A stretch of 64,000 nt of DNA from Callorhinchus milii. Taxonomy: Eukaryota. Position numbers and translations under genes: made by a program. The DNA is taken from assembly GCF_018977255.1 (NCBI RefSeq), contig NW_024704742.1:4900001-4964000 (forward strand), written 5' to 3'. Positions 1 to 15,100 of this stretch are shown here, piece after piece (position 1 is the first letter of the stretch; each line of letters opens with the position of its first letter). The notes under the pieces are model-generated. The model searched no databases. It was not told the origin of the DNA and saw nothing but the letters and a program-made list of their open reading frames with translations.

Positions 1-63
1 TGAATTTTAATTTTTTTAAAAAAAAAGTAAATCAAGACAAAAGAACCCAACTTGCTACTTTAC

Positions 64-195
64 CTGAAAAACTACAAGGAAAAGGTTCTTTTGTTCACTT
101 TGAGCAGATTCGACCTTCTCCTGCAGACGTTCAATCTGATCTTCCAGAGGGCCGTCTTCCTCATCACTGTTATCGTAGTCTTCATCACTATCTCG
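64..195 (-). CDS. NCBP1: NCBP1 exon 21
   Basis: [44 protein letters not shown]. Confidence 0.93.
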
Positions 196-3100
196 CTTTA
201 CGAAAATAAGAGACTTTTGTTTACTTTGCAAGCGGTTACAAGTTTAAGACTTGATTTCTCATGCAGTTGCGATGCCTCTGCAGTGAATAGCTGCACAAAC
301 ACTCACTGTCAAGGCTCACGCAAATATTGGAAGATCGGGAGAGGTACTGGAAGATACCCTACACTGTTGAATTGTATTCCATTGTACACAGGTCCAGGCA
401 GGTCTGTGTGTCTGCCCAGTAAGCCATGATCCTAGCATTCCCTCTCGTGATTGGCACTGAAAATACTCCTGCTCGCCCTTCATCTATGAGTAAATTTTGA
501 TAACTCAAACCGCAGAACAAACAGCTTAACGTGAATTATACTCACTCTTTTATGCTGCTTATCTAGTTTATCTTTAGTCTCGTCAAGCTCCTTCTGGACT
601 TTCAACACATGCTTGTTCATTTTCCTTATGGTGGAATGAAGAATTTCCCAGACATACATCCTGTAGAGCAATCACCAGCGGGGTTAGTATTGTGGAATTT
701 TTATTTCCAAATCTTATTGCAAGACACCAGAGCACCTACAGCTGTTACACATTACCTAGTAAAATCGGGAGACATCTCCGAGGAGAAGATCCAGTTTGCT
801 ACTGCAGCACAATCGACAATTTGTGTTCGAATCATTTTATCAACTAACATGGCCATCATCTGCAAAATGAAACGGCAGGAGTCTGATCAAATACGAATAC
901 ACAATATAATAATAATAATCCCTGCATTTGATATAGCGCCTTATCACGTCTTTGAGACGTCTCAAAGCGCTTCACCAAATGCGCTGTTAAGGAACTGACT
1001 GGATATTTTGTGGGCGAAAGGCAGCAGCCAATTGCGCACAGCAGCGTCCCACAAACAGTCGTGGATTGAGGCCAAATTTCTTTTTTTTTGTCACAATGCG
1101 AACGGTAGCACAGTTCTAAAGCAGAACTAAACCTTAACATTGTTAAAGAGGAGAAAACGCAGAAAGAAGAGGATTTGCCTTTCAAAGACATAGGGATCAG
1201 AAGTTTGGCTATTAAGTTATTAATTCTGAATAAGCACAGCTACAGAATCTAACTCTACCCAAGTAGGTAACCCCAGTTATCCTGTTCAGAAAAGTACTTT
1301 GTAACCCCACAGCCACAATTTTCTCCAGTGTGGGACAGAGGAGGGCAGAGAAGGGTAAAAGCACACACACAAAAAAACAACTTACCTGAGGATGACACTT
1401 CCAGACATCATACATAACTCTTAGAACATGTAACTTGCCGTCATCCCCTTCAGCCAACACCTTAAACACCTCATGAAATCTATGAAGAATGAATAAAAAC
1501 GGTTAAATATTTACAAGTCGTGGAAAACACGCTCTTTTTTTGTAAGAAAAAAATAAAATGTTGCACATGCAGTAAACCTATTCACCTCCCTCCAATTTTA
1601 CTCCTGCACTTTTTTAATAATAATAATCCTTGCATTTGATGTGGGGCCTTTTCACCTCTTCGAGATGTCTCAAAGTGCTCCACAGAAAATACTGTGAAGT
1701 GAACTGACTGTACATTTTGTGGGTGGAACACAGCAGCAAACAGTCGTGGATTGAGTGATCAAATTATTATTATTTTTTTAAAAATTAAAAGGGATTATTA
1801 TCTCTAGGAAAGCAGCTGCTATCTGGTAGCACTCCCCAAATCAGGAACTCAGGGAATCAGAAGTCACACCCTCCACAGAAAGATGGGAGCACCAATACAC
1901 CAACTGAAGCACACGTGTGTTTAAATAATTTATATCAGTCAAGCAATTAATGGGCAACAGTAAAACACGGAGGGAGGAGGAAGAATTAATGGGGTAGATG
2001 AGCACAGTACACCTGGCTTTTGGCACTGACGAGTTGACTTCCTGCACTATACAAAATGGTCACTTCCAAGTTGTCAGGTCCCTCACTTCCTGCTGAAGCC
2101 ACTTTGCAAAGGACGCGATATCAGAAGTACTGCATGTACTTAATGCACATGCCCCAGGGTGCAGACATGACATCGGCCTGACCATTTCCCCCCTGCTCGG
2201 GTCATGACCCAACTGTGCAGCGCCTTGGGACGTCCTCCTGACGTGAAAGGCGCTTTATAAATGGAATCTTGTTGTTGTTGTTGTTGTTCCTGTGCATGGC
2301 AGGCAACAAGTTACATCGGCATCGATCCGACACATTGGAAGGTGGGAGATTTTTCCATGCTTCGTTTTAGTGCAAGGGTTCGAGTTCTTGGATCCAGACC
2401 ATTGCAGTAGAACAGTGTCCGATACCATATGTATATTGTCCTCTTATCAAGCAAAATGGTAACTGGGGCATACTGGGTTTTATTTATTTTGTTAATAACG
2501 ATGAACACACTTACTTTGCCAAAGCACTAAAGGAATGGCTGAAGGACTTGGAGGCCAGGTAAAGTAAAGTCTGCACAAAAACATCAATCTTCAGAGGATT
2601 AAAGCTGAACCCTTCATCTGAAATCCAGTGGAAAGAGCATAGTTGTAGCAGGTTAGAATCAACCCGTTACAGTAATTCCACAAGTAAGATGACAAAAGTA
2701 ATTGTATTACATACTAACTCAGGTCAAACCATAAAACGGTGATCACAAGAGCAGGAAACGGACTGGACATCTTGCAAAACCCAACATTAATGTGAACATG
2801 CACTTTATATGCCAATCAAAAAAAATCATTTAATCACAACACATTCATAAATAATGCTTTTGAAGACAATATTGAATAGGATATATATGTAGATCTCCTT
2901 CCATTGGTTTTACGATTAGCTTCGATACGCACTGTCATGGTAGTTTTTGGAGATGGAAGATCTATTCAGAAATGAATCTAAAGTATTTTGGAATCCTAAA
3001 CCAAGGCTGTGGGTTATTCCTCTTAGACATTATTCATCAAAATGGGAAGGTTGTTCATTTCCTACAAAGCTCCTGATTCTACATAGAAATAAACACGAGT

Positions 3101-6100
3101 GTGTAATATGCAGGTTTATTTCTATATGGCATCAGGAGGTATGTAATGTGTGTAAAAAAACACTGAACAGGACTCTCAATCCTTCAATAAATCAAAAACA
3201 ATTCCTTACCATCATCATCATCTTGATTAGGATTGGGAAGGTCCTTCAGGAAGCTCACAATTTCATCGATGCCAGCTTTGGTTTTAATAGCAGTGCAAAC
3301 ACTGACAGCCACTTGGTAGCCTGGCAGAGAACCTGGTAGGTAGGGACAAACTTTTATTTCACTTTTTGCAACCGTTTGAATTAGTAACTTCGTTTTTGGT
3401 GCCAAAGTGGGCTCCAGACAGGAGGCAGACACATTGCAAGCTGATCCGGACACGTAGGTTGGAAGGGACTGAAAGTAACAAGATGTTCTTTCATGTTGGG
3501 ATATGCAAAAAAAAAAATGAGTTACATTGATATGGAAGATACTCCCATGTGATACTGTTTGTTCAAACGGCATCTATTCACTCAAGAAAAATGTAGAATG
3601 GTTTCTTAAGAGGATCAGCAGCTGAAGTAGGAGCCTAACCCGTGATGTCATGCCATAGGACTGACTGCCTTGCCCCCTCTTTACCAGTCTTCAACCCCCC
3701 CACCACCCCACTTCCCCCAGCTCGGCATCAAACTCCACCATTGTTACCGCTCCGAGAAGCTACCCAACACCCCCACCACCCCCTCACGTTGGAGGTGTTC
3801 AGCCCTTTTTTTAAAAAAAAGAGCTTACTTACCGCTTATGGAGCTGGAATTTTCTAGGATCCCCCCCCCCCCCCACCCCCAGCTAATATTCTTACCGTGT
3901 TCACACAGAAATTAATATATTGTACTTACTGTTGCTCTCATCTCCGTACTTGTAAATACATAAGGATTTGCTGGCAACAAAGCTGCAAAGTTTTCAGGAA
4001 CAATGTCCACTAATCTTTGATAATACGAGAGTCTATAAACAAGACAACAGAGCCATTAAATGCAAGTAGTTTTCTTTACGGTGTATCTTTTAATTTAAAA
4101 ATGTACTTACAGAATGTTGACAACGATATAAATCAAATGCAATACAATGCAACTAAGAGCCCTATGAAATGTCTGTTGAGATTTTATGTAATGTGATAAT
4201 CAGATAGATGTTACAGAGGAAGCTTCTCTAGTTGAAATCCCGCCAATATGCGAGAATGTGTCTCCCACACAGACACACACACCACAATCCCCACCCACAC
4301 CACACACTCCTCCCCCCCTACTCCCCCATAACCCCAGAAAAAGGCTCTACTCCTTAATATCCGAAGCACCAAAGAAAATGAATGCTGAGGCAAATAGAAA
4401 CTCGAGTTATTCTGGCTGGCCTGGTGCTCACACTAACAACCAGCGCGTGGAACTCAGGAATTCACTGACCCCTGTAGAAGTGTGAGAGGCAGTGAGAATG
4501 GGCATGGATTCAAGAGTGAAAAGTAAAAACCAAATAAAGAAATAAATGCCACTTACCTCATACATTTCTCCAACACTTCACGCACAAATTTTGGTCTGGG
4601 CTTGTCAGGGTCCAGAGCCAGACAATCAGACCTGTGGTTTTAACAAGCAATTGATTAGGGGATGCAAAGGAAAGGCATGTGGTTTGTCGACACAGAATGT
4701 CAAAGAGCAACTTCAAACAAACCTTCCTCCCCACACACTTAGTTAGATTAGCAATAAAGTCCAATTTAACCTCCACATAAAATATAGTGCCCAGGTTTAT
4801 TCCCTCAAAAAGACAGGCTCCCTTAATACAAGCAAATAATTCCAAGAACTATTCCCTCACAGGCTCAACCCATGCAGGCTCAGCGAGCTATACCAGCAAG
4901 TCCTGCCACTTTGCCAAGATTCCCAGAAACTGAACTCCTTGGAGCTTGCAAAACTATTCATGAGCCTGAAACCAGATCATTAAAAGTAGTTTAAATCACT
5001 ACTGCTTTACAATTATGTATGAAGTTTGAAGTTTCAGTTCTTTCCCCTTAGCCTCTCTCAAATTCCAATCTGTTTAAAGCCCACACTATGATTTTCAATG
5101 TATTTCAACTAAAAAACTATAATCTAATTGAAAAACCCTTCTGGGAAACCGAGATAAAACAATTTAGGCTCAGAATATTGTGACTATTTCTGCAATATTC
5201 CTTTAGGTGGTGTTATTAATAACACCAATGCTTTGGGAAGTCCTGCTTGTATTGTAATTTGTACTGTAGAATTTCTCAGTGAATACTGGCCTGCTTCATG
5301 TCCCACCGCCCTACCCACTCCAACATTGGCGGGCGGACTATCAGCTATTCTGATCCCGCTCTCAAGAACTGCATTGCAGAATCCTGCAACTCCCTCCCTA
5401 CCACCGTTCAAAGCCCATCTCAAGACATAATAATAATCCTTGCGTTTGATAGAGCGCCTTGAGACATCCTCCCGACGTGAAAGGCGCTCTATAAATGTCA
5501 TTTTGCTGTTGTTGTCTCAAAGCACTTCACAGAATATACTGTAAGTGAATTTTGTGGGTGAAACGCGGCAGTCAATTGCGCACAGCAGTGTCCCACAAAC
5601 AGTTGTGGATTGAGTGACCAAATTATCAATTTTTAATTTTTTTTAAAAAGGGCTATTACCTTTATTAACTTATTTTATTTTTGAAGGGATTATTATCCGC
5701 AGAACTCCACATAAATCTCTTTAGCTACGCTTTCAGTCATCTTTCCCGTCTCCACCCCTTTGTCTCCCATCCCCAGCTCGGGTGCCCAATCCAGGAGCGT
5801 CAAACTCTTTTGAGTCGTCCTCTCAACACGAAGACGCTATATAAATGTAAATTGTATTGTACTGCAGTGTGTAATCAGTGAATAAATACTCCTTCCTCGG
5901 GTGCCTTTCTGCAGACTTCAGTACTATTTTTGAAAGGCTTCCAGTTATTTTTGCTACCCTGAATTACTCGTTTATTCAATTCCAAAGCGTTTATTAATCT
6001 TGAAAAAGGTTTCAAGTTATCATTATTAATGTGCTGAAAGTAAACTCGCTGCGATATGGCAAGAAAAAAAAGTTTTGCACATGTGCGTGAAATTTAAGCG

Positions 6101-9100
6101 TAAAGTTAGCACAGCTGTGAGGGGAGGGTTCATTTTCACAAGTGCACAAAATAAACGGTCAATTCACTTTACAGTATATTCTGTGAAGCGCTTTGAGACG
6201 TCTCGAAGACGTGATAAGGCGCTGTATCAAATGCAAGGATTATTATTACAACGTAGAGTTAGAGACTAAACAGACAGAAACAAAGAGAGAGAAAAATAAA
6301 CTCAGCACAAACAATGGACAGCGAGACAGAAAAAGAACGATCAGGAAGAGAAATCAGGAAGCCGGCTACCTCACCCTCGCCCTTCCCACTCTCGCTTCTC
6401 CCTTACCACCCAAAACGTTGCTTCAGTTCAGGCCAACTACCTCAATAGAAAGATTCAAAGCAAGGACTCTACTCTGTATGGCTCAGTGCTCTATGAGCAG
6501 CTGCTAGCGAAGCTGCTCTTACAGTTTTAAATCCTAATTCAATAGGATTGCATCATATAAAAATTCTGGAAAATCAACCTACCAGTCATCCCAGCTCCAC
6601 CGGAATTGAAAGTTACTCAAATGATGGGAAAACCAATTGATAAATCTGAAAGAACAGAAACCACGGTCAAAATCATTATCCAAGTCGACGAATTCAGGCA
6701 CATTTCAGGTACATTTCAGGTAAAATTCCCAATTGGATGGGGAGCAGCACAGTTAGATTTCAGGCAACCACGTAATAGTAGCCAGGATTGCCCCACACTG
6801 AACATGAACTTAAGAAGAGCTGTTCAAGGTGTTGGACTGATCCAAGGCTTGTGCATTGTCTGGAACCCCAAAGTGGCAATGCAGTTCACCAAAACAATCA
6901 CTACGCCCACAAAACATACAGTCAATTCACTTTACAGTATATTGCGTGAAGCGCTTTGAGACATCTCGAAGACGTGATAAGGGGCTGTATCAAATGCAAG
7001 GATTATTATTATGCTTTACCAATTGCCAAATCAGTATAATTGTAAGCGGACGTTGGCTGAGCCTAAACAGAAGAGGGGGGGGGGGCTACGTTGAAGTCAG
7101 AGTAAGTCAGGTTGAATCAGAGAGGAAACCAAGGGAAGCCATGCTATTGAGTGAGGCTGTGATTGGGAGGGGCAGAGGGTACCTGGCTGATGCTGCTTGA
7201 AACAACACAAGTTGGCTGCCAAATAGCTTCTTGCATTGTGCATGTACAGCGTGATGTGCAATAGCATTTCCTCTACAATTCTGCTCTATACAAGGGCATG
7301 GAGCTGAGGTACTGGAACCTCGCTCTGGAGACCGCATGTGGAAGGTGTAGCATCGAGCACAGAGTGCTCCTCACCCTGCAAAAAAGTCATGGGGGTTTAG
7401 GACACCCCAGTCTGCGTTCAACTGCTGTACAGTTGTCGAAGCCAGAGAGCACGAGACTAAACCCAGATTGTGCGAGGGCACACACTGCCCTTTTTATGAG
7501 TTACAATATTGTGATAAAAGTAGCATAGCATATTATTTTAAAAGAAATTCAGCGACGGAGCACTTGTACTTACAGTCTTATTAGTCTAAGCACGCCTGCT
7601 TTAATCTGCAAAGCTGACATACGTTTGACAAGAACATTTTATCAGTTACAAACTTTTTTTGCGGGCGGAAAAAGAAGCAACAATCAAATTACCTGTCTAT
7701 GCAAATTGTGTTCATAGAATCCAAACGCATATATAACATCTCCGTGGCTTGTGCAAGCTGAGGTTTACATGTTAAGTACAACAGGACGTGAAATGCGATC
7801 ATGAGGGAGGGGAGAGGAATCTAAAAGTTTCTAACTTTTAAGATAAGGCGTTTATAAGTACATTTGGTATCAGCTAAAGAAAAATAACAGCCAATTATTA
7901 CTGCCTTTTGACAAGCAACTAAAGGCCCACTTATTCACTTATTCAGCAACTTAGCTGTAGGAACCTTTCCAATATAATCAAACCCCCAATACACTGTGCT
8001 TTGGTAGATAATGCGGATGTACTTTGGACCCACAATATAGTAGTGGTAAACTTCCAGCCCTGACTGATCTTGATATTTCTTTTACCAACTGATCAATCGC
8101 AAAAGTTTTGACGTGATTTTTGAAGCTGTGTGGGGTAAGTACTTTAAACTGAAAGCTAATAAACAACAACTGAAAGGATACCACTTGAGGCAAAGAGCCA
8201 GGTTGCAGTTTACAGAGTTCAATCAACAGTGTTGTGTACATGACTTCAATGTGTGGAGGTACAGGCAATTGGAAGAGCTCTCCAAAGACAACCTACAAAA
8301 ACAAAACAAAAGCAATATCATTAGTAAAACGTTTTTGTCAAAAATAAGTGCCAAAAGTGAAGAAGCGAAAGTCCGACATTTTGCCTCAGATAACGTTGCC
8401 ATCATCCTCATCTCATGGCCTTTGAAATTCCAACACCCTAACATAAACACAAAACTATCAACAGCAAACTAAGATAATAGTGCATTCAGCTTTACACACA
8501 GAGCACGATGATTGGCTGGTTACAAAGATGCAGCTTAAACTAATGGACCATAGCGTCTCATTCCCTTTCATTCTCTCACTTTGGGATGTCTGTTTCTGAA
8601 CATTTGGTTAGAATAGTTACAACTCAACTCCTAATACTGTATGTCAAGCAATTAAAAGTGCAAAGATCTGTCCTGAGATTTTTTTTATTTAAGGTTATTT
8701 AGATCAAATGTACATACTTTTTTCTGATATATTCTTACTGTATACAGAATATTTTTGATATATTCTTACTACTTTTATATTCCGAACAACTTAAGTTTTC
8801 CCCGCTCTAGGCAGCCAATTTTACTGTGTTGAAACAAAGTAAAATTGAATATTAGTTGCTTTGCAATCAAAACAGCCAAGGAAAACGCTGTAATCAAGTC
8901 TATCACAAGTATAAAGCGAGTCTGCCAATCAGTATCACTGGCAAAAAGGTACAACATTAAACCATTTTGGAGAATGCATTCAGAAATTTGAACTAGAAAT
9001 TAAAATTATACTACCTTGAAAAATAAAAGCTAATAACAGTTTACATTATAAAGACGCACGCACCTCCACTATGTGATAATTCAGAGGAATCTTGTTCTTT

Positions 9101-12100
9101 CCAGGATAGCTGAGTAATTGTGCAGCACTGTAAGGAAAAAGGAGAGAAAAGAAAAAAAAACAAGAAATTCACCCAAGGCAGATTAAAACTATATTTCAGA
9201 ATATTACCCCTGGATAAATTGCAGAAATTCTACTTAAAGTAATATAGTGGAAGATATGCACTTGTTTGAAAATAAAATGATAAACTCATCATGTCCATAA
9301 CTGCACTCAGCTGCTCTGTTTTTTTCTTACCTCAAGCATCACAACTTGTACTGTCTGTAATTGCTGGAACTTACCTTTCTGGACCATTTAATGGCAATTG
9401 AACAGTGCTCTCTCTACAGTTAGCAGCACCGATCCAGTGTCCTGGCCTCAGCCATCTTTCCTGGTAACCTATTTCGGGTGTTAATTACTCTCAAATACAT
9501 TTTCCTGCTTGTGTCTGTCCTGAAATTGTCCTTTATAACCCTATTGTTCTTTTACTTCCTCGATACTATCTAAGACCTTATGTATTTATATAATCTACAG
9601 GTTGTTTCAATTACTTCTGTATAACTGCAATTTTAGCTTATGCTTAACCCATTTGGCAGGACTGCTGAAAGTCCTGCAAACATAGAAAAGTTTCACTGAA
9701 CATTACAAGACTCAAAGTTCTGTGAAAAGCTCCCATAAAAAAAAATTGCAGAAAGCTTAACTGTAACACTATAAATAAAACAATCTTTCAGTACAAAATG
9801 TAGGCATACCAGTTTTTTCTTTCCTTCCAATGAGATCTGATGATACAGCGCAGATTTTCCTCAATTACAAATCTCTCAACAGAGTGACTGCCAGGCATAA
9901 CTGGACCCTAAAAGAAATAAAAGGCTCAATAATAATAATAATAATAAAGTGAATTGACTGTGTATTTTGTGGACAAAACGCAGCAGCCAATTGCACACAG
10001 CAGTGTCCCACTAACAGTCGTGGATTGAAGTGACCAATTTTTTTTTTTTTTTTAAGGAATTTTTACCCCCAGAAAAGACAAGTGCTTAACCACTGAGCTA
10101 GAGAACTCCATCCCCCGGAAAGCAATCCGCCAATCGACTAACAACCAGGTTCCTACTTGCTAGATAAACAGAGGCGTGTGGAGTAAGGAAACTTGCCTTC
10201 GGCTTCGCCCTGCCCAGGAATCAAACCCTGGTCCTCTCACTTGCGAGGCGAGTGCGATAACCAATACATTACACAAACTGTGCCCTTTACTACAATTGAA
10301 TTCCTAGCCTGGGGTTCAAAGGGCTGAATGGTCTCCCTTTGCGGTACGATTCCATGATCACTACTCAATTCCTCTTGGCAGGCAAGTGGGTGGATAGGGG
10401 TGTAAACAGGATCAACTTAGCGGTTTGCCCTTCATGAGTAAATAGCTAAACTGCTTCACTGCCAAGGATTGCACATGAAGAATGTCTATCTTGGGAGAGG
10501 GACAGGAGAGGCTGCCAGTCAATGCCCATGGAAGTGTACCAGAATAAGACTCAGAGGAGAGCAGAAAAATATAATAACCGTAGGCATCAACCTCCATGGT
10601 TGCACACTTCAACTCACCAAGTCAGGAACCCAGGTGTCTTGTTCGACCCTTAACTGTCTTTTTTTCCCCACATCCAAGCCATGACCCGTTCTGATTTCTC
10701 TCACCTCCGTAACATCGTCTGACTCCGCCACTACCTCACCCCTCAGGCCGCTGAAACTCTTGTTCATGCCTTCATCACCTCCAGGCTCGACTATGCAAAC
10801 GCCCTGCTTGTCATCCTTCCCAACTCCTCCCTCCACAGGCTGCAGATAAGCCAGAACTCTGCAGCCCGTGTCCTCTCCCGCACCAAACTCCGTGACCCCA
10901 TCTCCCCCACTCTTGTCTGACCCCACTGGCTCCCTATCCTTCAGAGGATCCAGTTCAAGATTCTGGTCCTCACACACAAAGCCCTCCATGGCCTCGCCCC
11001 ACCCTACCTCTGTGACCTCCTAACCCCCTATCAAGCCACCCACTCCCTCCGCTCAGCCGGCTCTGGCTGCTCCACGTCCCCCGACCCACCATTGGCGGGA
11101 GAGACTTCAGCCACTCTGCCCCCAACCAGTGGAACTCCACCCCCCAATCACTCCGCCTCGACCCCTCCTTAGCCTCCTTCAAATCCCGCCTCAAATCCCT
11201 CATCTTCGACCATGCCATTGGTCACCCCCCACTTCCCCTCCTCCCCCGACTCCAACTCTGGTCTGAAATGCTGTACACTGTCCGGTGCCTTGGGACGTCC
11301 TCCCGACGTGAAAGGCGCTATACAAATGTAATCTTGGTGTTGTTCCCTCTCACCATATCATGAAATACATTTGCTTGTCTTAAGAGTGGAGCGATGGAAT
11401 AAGTGTGGAGAAACAACCCAGAGATTGAGCAATTTAGATGACCAACAATGATAGAGTTGGTAATCATTTTAACTTGAAAACCCAAATGATTACAATTGTA
11501 ATCATATCTTAAGCTACTCTAGTTAAATTGATTGGGGGGGGGGGGGGGGTGTAGGAAAAGACTGGGTGGAATATCTGTCCAGACTGCGTCTATCTATTGG
11601 GTGTCCCGATTCATTATCTTGGCCACTGTATTTATAGAGTGTGATTGACTCAGCAGCCTATAACTTCCTCATGTATCTTTTAAAGACCTGCAGATCAATA
11701 CTAAATCCTTATCTTAAGCTAATTATCGCTCCCCCCACCAAAAATGTGGTCAACCATTCCCTGACCATTTGTTGGCTACTGTGTTTTGCCCACAAAATAC
11801 AGTCAATTCACTTTACAATATACTCTGTGAAGTGCTTTGAGAGGTCTGAAAGACGTGATGAGGCGCTATATCAAATGCAAGGATTATTATTATTATAAAT
11901 CTTGAATGTAATTCAATAATTATTGATGCACCAACAAATTTCAAAGAGTGCTGTCTCATACAGCATATTGTGAAACCCCAACTACCATAGTTTTGCACAC
12001 CCACTTAATCTTTCTGTCCCCGTTGCAATTTCCTGCTGTCCTCTTCGCAATTTGCATCACCTCACAGCTTTGAGTCACCTGTAAGCATAAAAAATTCTCC

Positions 12101-15100
12101 CCTCTATTCCTATAGCCAGGTCTTTATATATAGGGTGAAAAGCTGGAGCTCCATCACCAATTCTTTGGGGATACCACTTGTCAGGGGATACAAATCAAAG
12201 AATGTCTGATTTTGTCTCTGCCTCTTATCTCTCAACCAATTTCCTAGCCATGTCACAGTATTGCCTTCAATTTCATGTGCCTTCATTTTTAACTGGTAAT
12301 TTTTGGTGGCATCTTATCAAATGATTTCTGAAAATCCAAATAAATCATGTCCATTGATCCTCCTTAAGCGATCGCTTCTGTGGTTCTGTCAAACAATTCC
12401 ATTAGGCTTGTGAGACATGATTGATCTTTAACAAACCCAGTTCTGCAAGACTCTATCGCAAGAGCCCCAAGGCCTAGAATTATCCATATCAATACTGTTT
12501 GCAATACACCAATAAACCTAGTAAGGTTTGCACAATTGCACACATCATTTATAATGGTAGCATATAGTCCAGATCTTTTGGTTAATGATCAACAATCATA
12601 CTCAAATCACCACACCTAACACACCCATTTCAAAGTCTATTGAATTCATCCCCGAGTGCAGCCCAAAATAAAATAAACTGCAAACACCCACGACACTGGG
12701 ACCTCAAGAACAGGTTATAATAATAATAATCCTTGCTTTGATAAAATGCCTTATCATAACATCGATACGTCTCAAGTCACTTCATAGTATATCCTGTAAA
12801 TTGGATCAACTGTATATTTTATGGGCGAAAGGTTATAATCAGTACATCATATAACAGATATCCCATATCCAAAACAACATTTTTGTTACATTTTATCATT
12901 TGCTTTCCCCTCCCTGTCCAACTTCTATTCTACATTTCCTTTTACAATCATTTAAGTCTTCACTTTTCCGCTGCTTTTCTCCAGGAATCCACATCACATT
13001 AAGGGCTCAGAAATAATCCTTTCACAAATCATGGGCCACTTACTATAATTCACACAGATTAAGTTACTACTTACTTCAGGAGCATCTGTGTAGTCAAACA
13101 TTCTGAAAATAATTTTTGGTACAGGGTACACGGAGCCTTCTGTATGAGGAGGTGGCGTAAAAGGTGGCAAGTTATGCTGCAAGGCCTCACACAGTACACT
13201 GTCAAAGGCCAAGTATGGTCTCAAGATATGTTTCTCCTGCCAACGATCCTTTTTCATCTTCTGTATCTGTGCCCACAGACAGTCCAAGTACTGTGAAAGA
13301 AAGGGAAGATCATCAAAATAATCCAGGAAAACAAGCAGAATTTTCATTTTTGCTGATAGCACCTTCTGGTTTAGAAAGTTGTGGGTTCAAGCCCCCGATC
13401 AGGATATCGAGCTTATAGTCTAGTCTACACTGCCATCCTTCAGATGAGACGTAAAAGCAATTGTGAGAATTATTATCTAAGTTCCGTGTGCCTCTAGATA
13501 GACTAGACAGACACAGAGACAGACACAGAGACAGACACAGAGACAGACACAGAGACAGACACAGAGACAGACACAGAGACAGACACAGAGACAGACAGAC
13601 AGATAGTGTGTCTAGATAGACGTTGGCAACAAGCGGGTGAGACTTCAGTTTAACATCTCTGAAATACTCTCTCAACACTGCACTGGACTGGACATGAAGC
13701 CACAACCTTCTGATCTAGAGGAGAGAGCGCTACCAACTGAGTGAGGCCGACACCATATTTCTATGCATAGAAATTTCCTTTTGTCCAGAGGATTATAAAA
13801 TTATAATTAAAATCATAACGCATACGTCTACAAAATTTGGGAAAGTATTAGGCAAAAGCAAAGGCTCGAGCACTCCAGAGGACACGTTGGGGAACTGCTG
13901 GAGTTGAACCAGCTAAACGCATACAGCTTTGGTTTTGCAACGAAAAGGCAGGCAATTGCAGATTTGGTTCTATTTTACATTTTCAAAATCAATAAAGTAT
14001 ATGCATGAGTAAACTGTGACAATGATTTTTGCCACAAAATCAGTATAATATATCCAAGTTTTTCCAGCTGGTCTACTGGTTTGCTGAATATTCTTTGGAG
14101 CAAATCTAATCACTGGCAGGTCAGTCTGATCTGCAGGACAAGAAATGTATGTACTTTGGTATTGGTGGCTTTGTGTGTCAGCCTGGTTCAGTTGATAGAA
14201 CTCTTGCTGAGAGGGAGTGGGGGGGGGGGGGTTTCATTGTCAGAGGTCTTTCGGATAAGATGTTAACCGAGATCCTGTCTGCCTGTTCAGATGGATGTTA
14301 AAGATCCCACAGTACAACTCGAAACGGAGGGAGTTTCTCCCAGTGTGCCGGCCAACAATACTCCAAATGTAATTGGTTACTTATTTCACGGCTGTTTGTG
14401 GGACGTTGCTGTGTGCAATTGGAATGACGCATTGCATTCACTTACAAAAACAGAGATCACTCCATTTCACAATAAATCCTGTGAAGGAAGTTCAAATTGT
14501 CCAGCGCCTTGGGGCGGCCTCCCAATGTGAAAGGCGCTATAACCTCATGTAATTTGTTGTTGTGGTTAACCTAATGCATCTTTACCCGCTGCACTATCGG
14601 GGGACTTTCACTTATTCTCAACCGCGAGAGCGGCAAAGTATAAACTGAAAGTATGAGATGGTTCAATGCATCTTGTCAATATCACTGATAGAAATAGCAT
14701 GACTGAGCAGAACTAGTCCAGGACTTCCTTCCACTCCACTCGGATGCAGCATTCAGCTGCCTTACAGTCACAACTAGTAAAACATGGCTAACAAGGGCAT
14801 TTCAAATGTTGAAAGCTCCAAATAAAAAGGAACACTGGGTCGCATCTTGCAACAGGAAGCCACAATTTCGCCGGCCACTTCAGTCATGACGAGTGCACTT
14901 TGCATAATAACTGTTCCATAGGAAAGGCAAGCAAAACATGTCTGCACGTTTTTTTTTAAAAAAAGCTCTCACCTCTTCTTGCACATGAGGCTGTGCACTG
15001 TTCCAACATTGCAGCATAGGCATGTGAGCTTTTTGACGTCCCCTGGAACAGGCAAAGCATTTGAGTTACAGGTGTTAGAAGCACAATTTTTACCCAAATC

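Noticed and set aside
6075..6269. Recurrent peptide [18 protein letters not shown]...KCKDYYY in many short ORFs
   Set aside because: Translation of the multicopy SINE 3' end, not a gene family or a CRISPR-like array
9196..9292. Box C/box D pair in NCBP1 intron 9
   Set aside because: No terminal stem or recognisable guide; expected by chance
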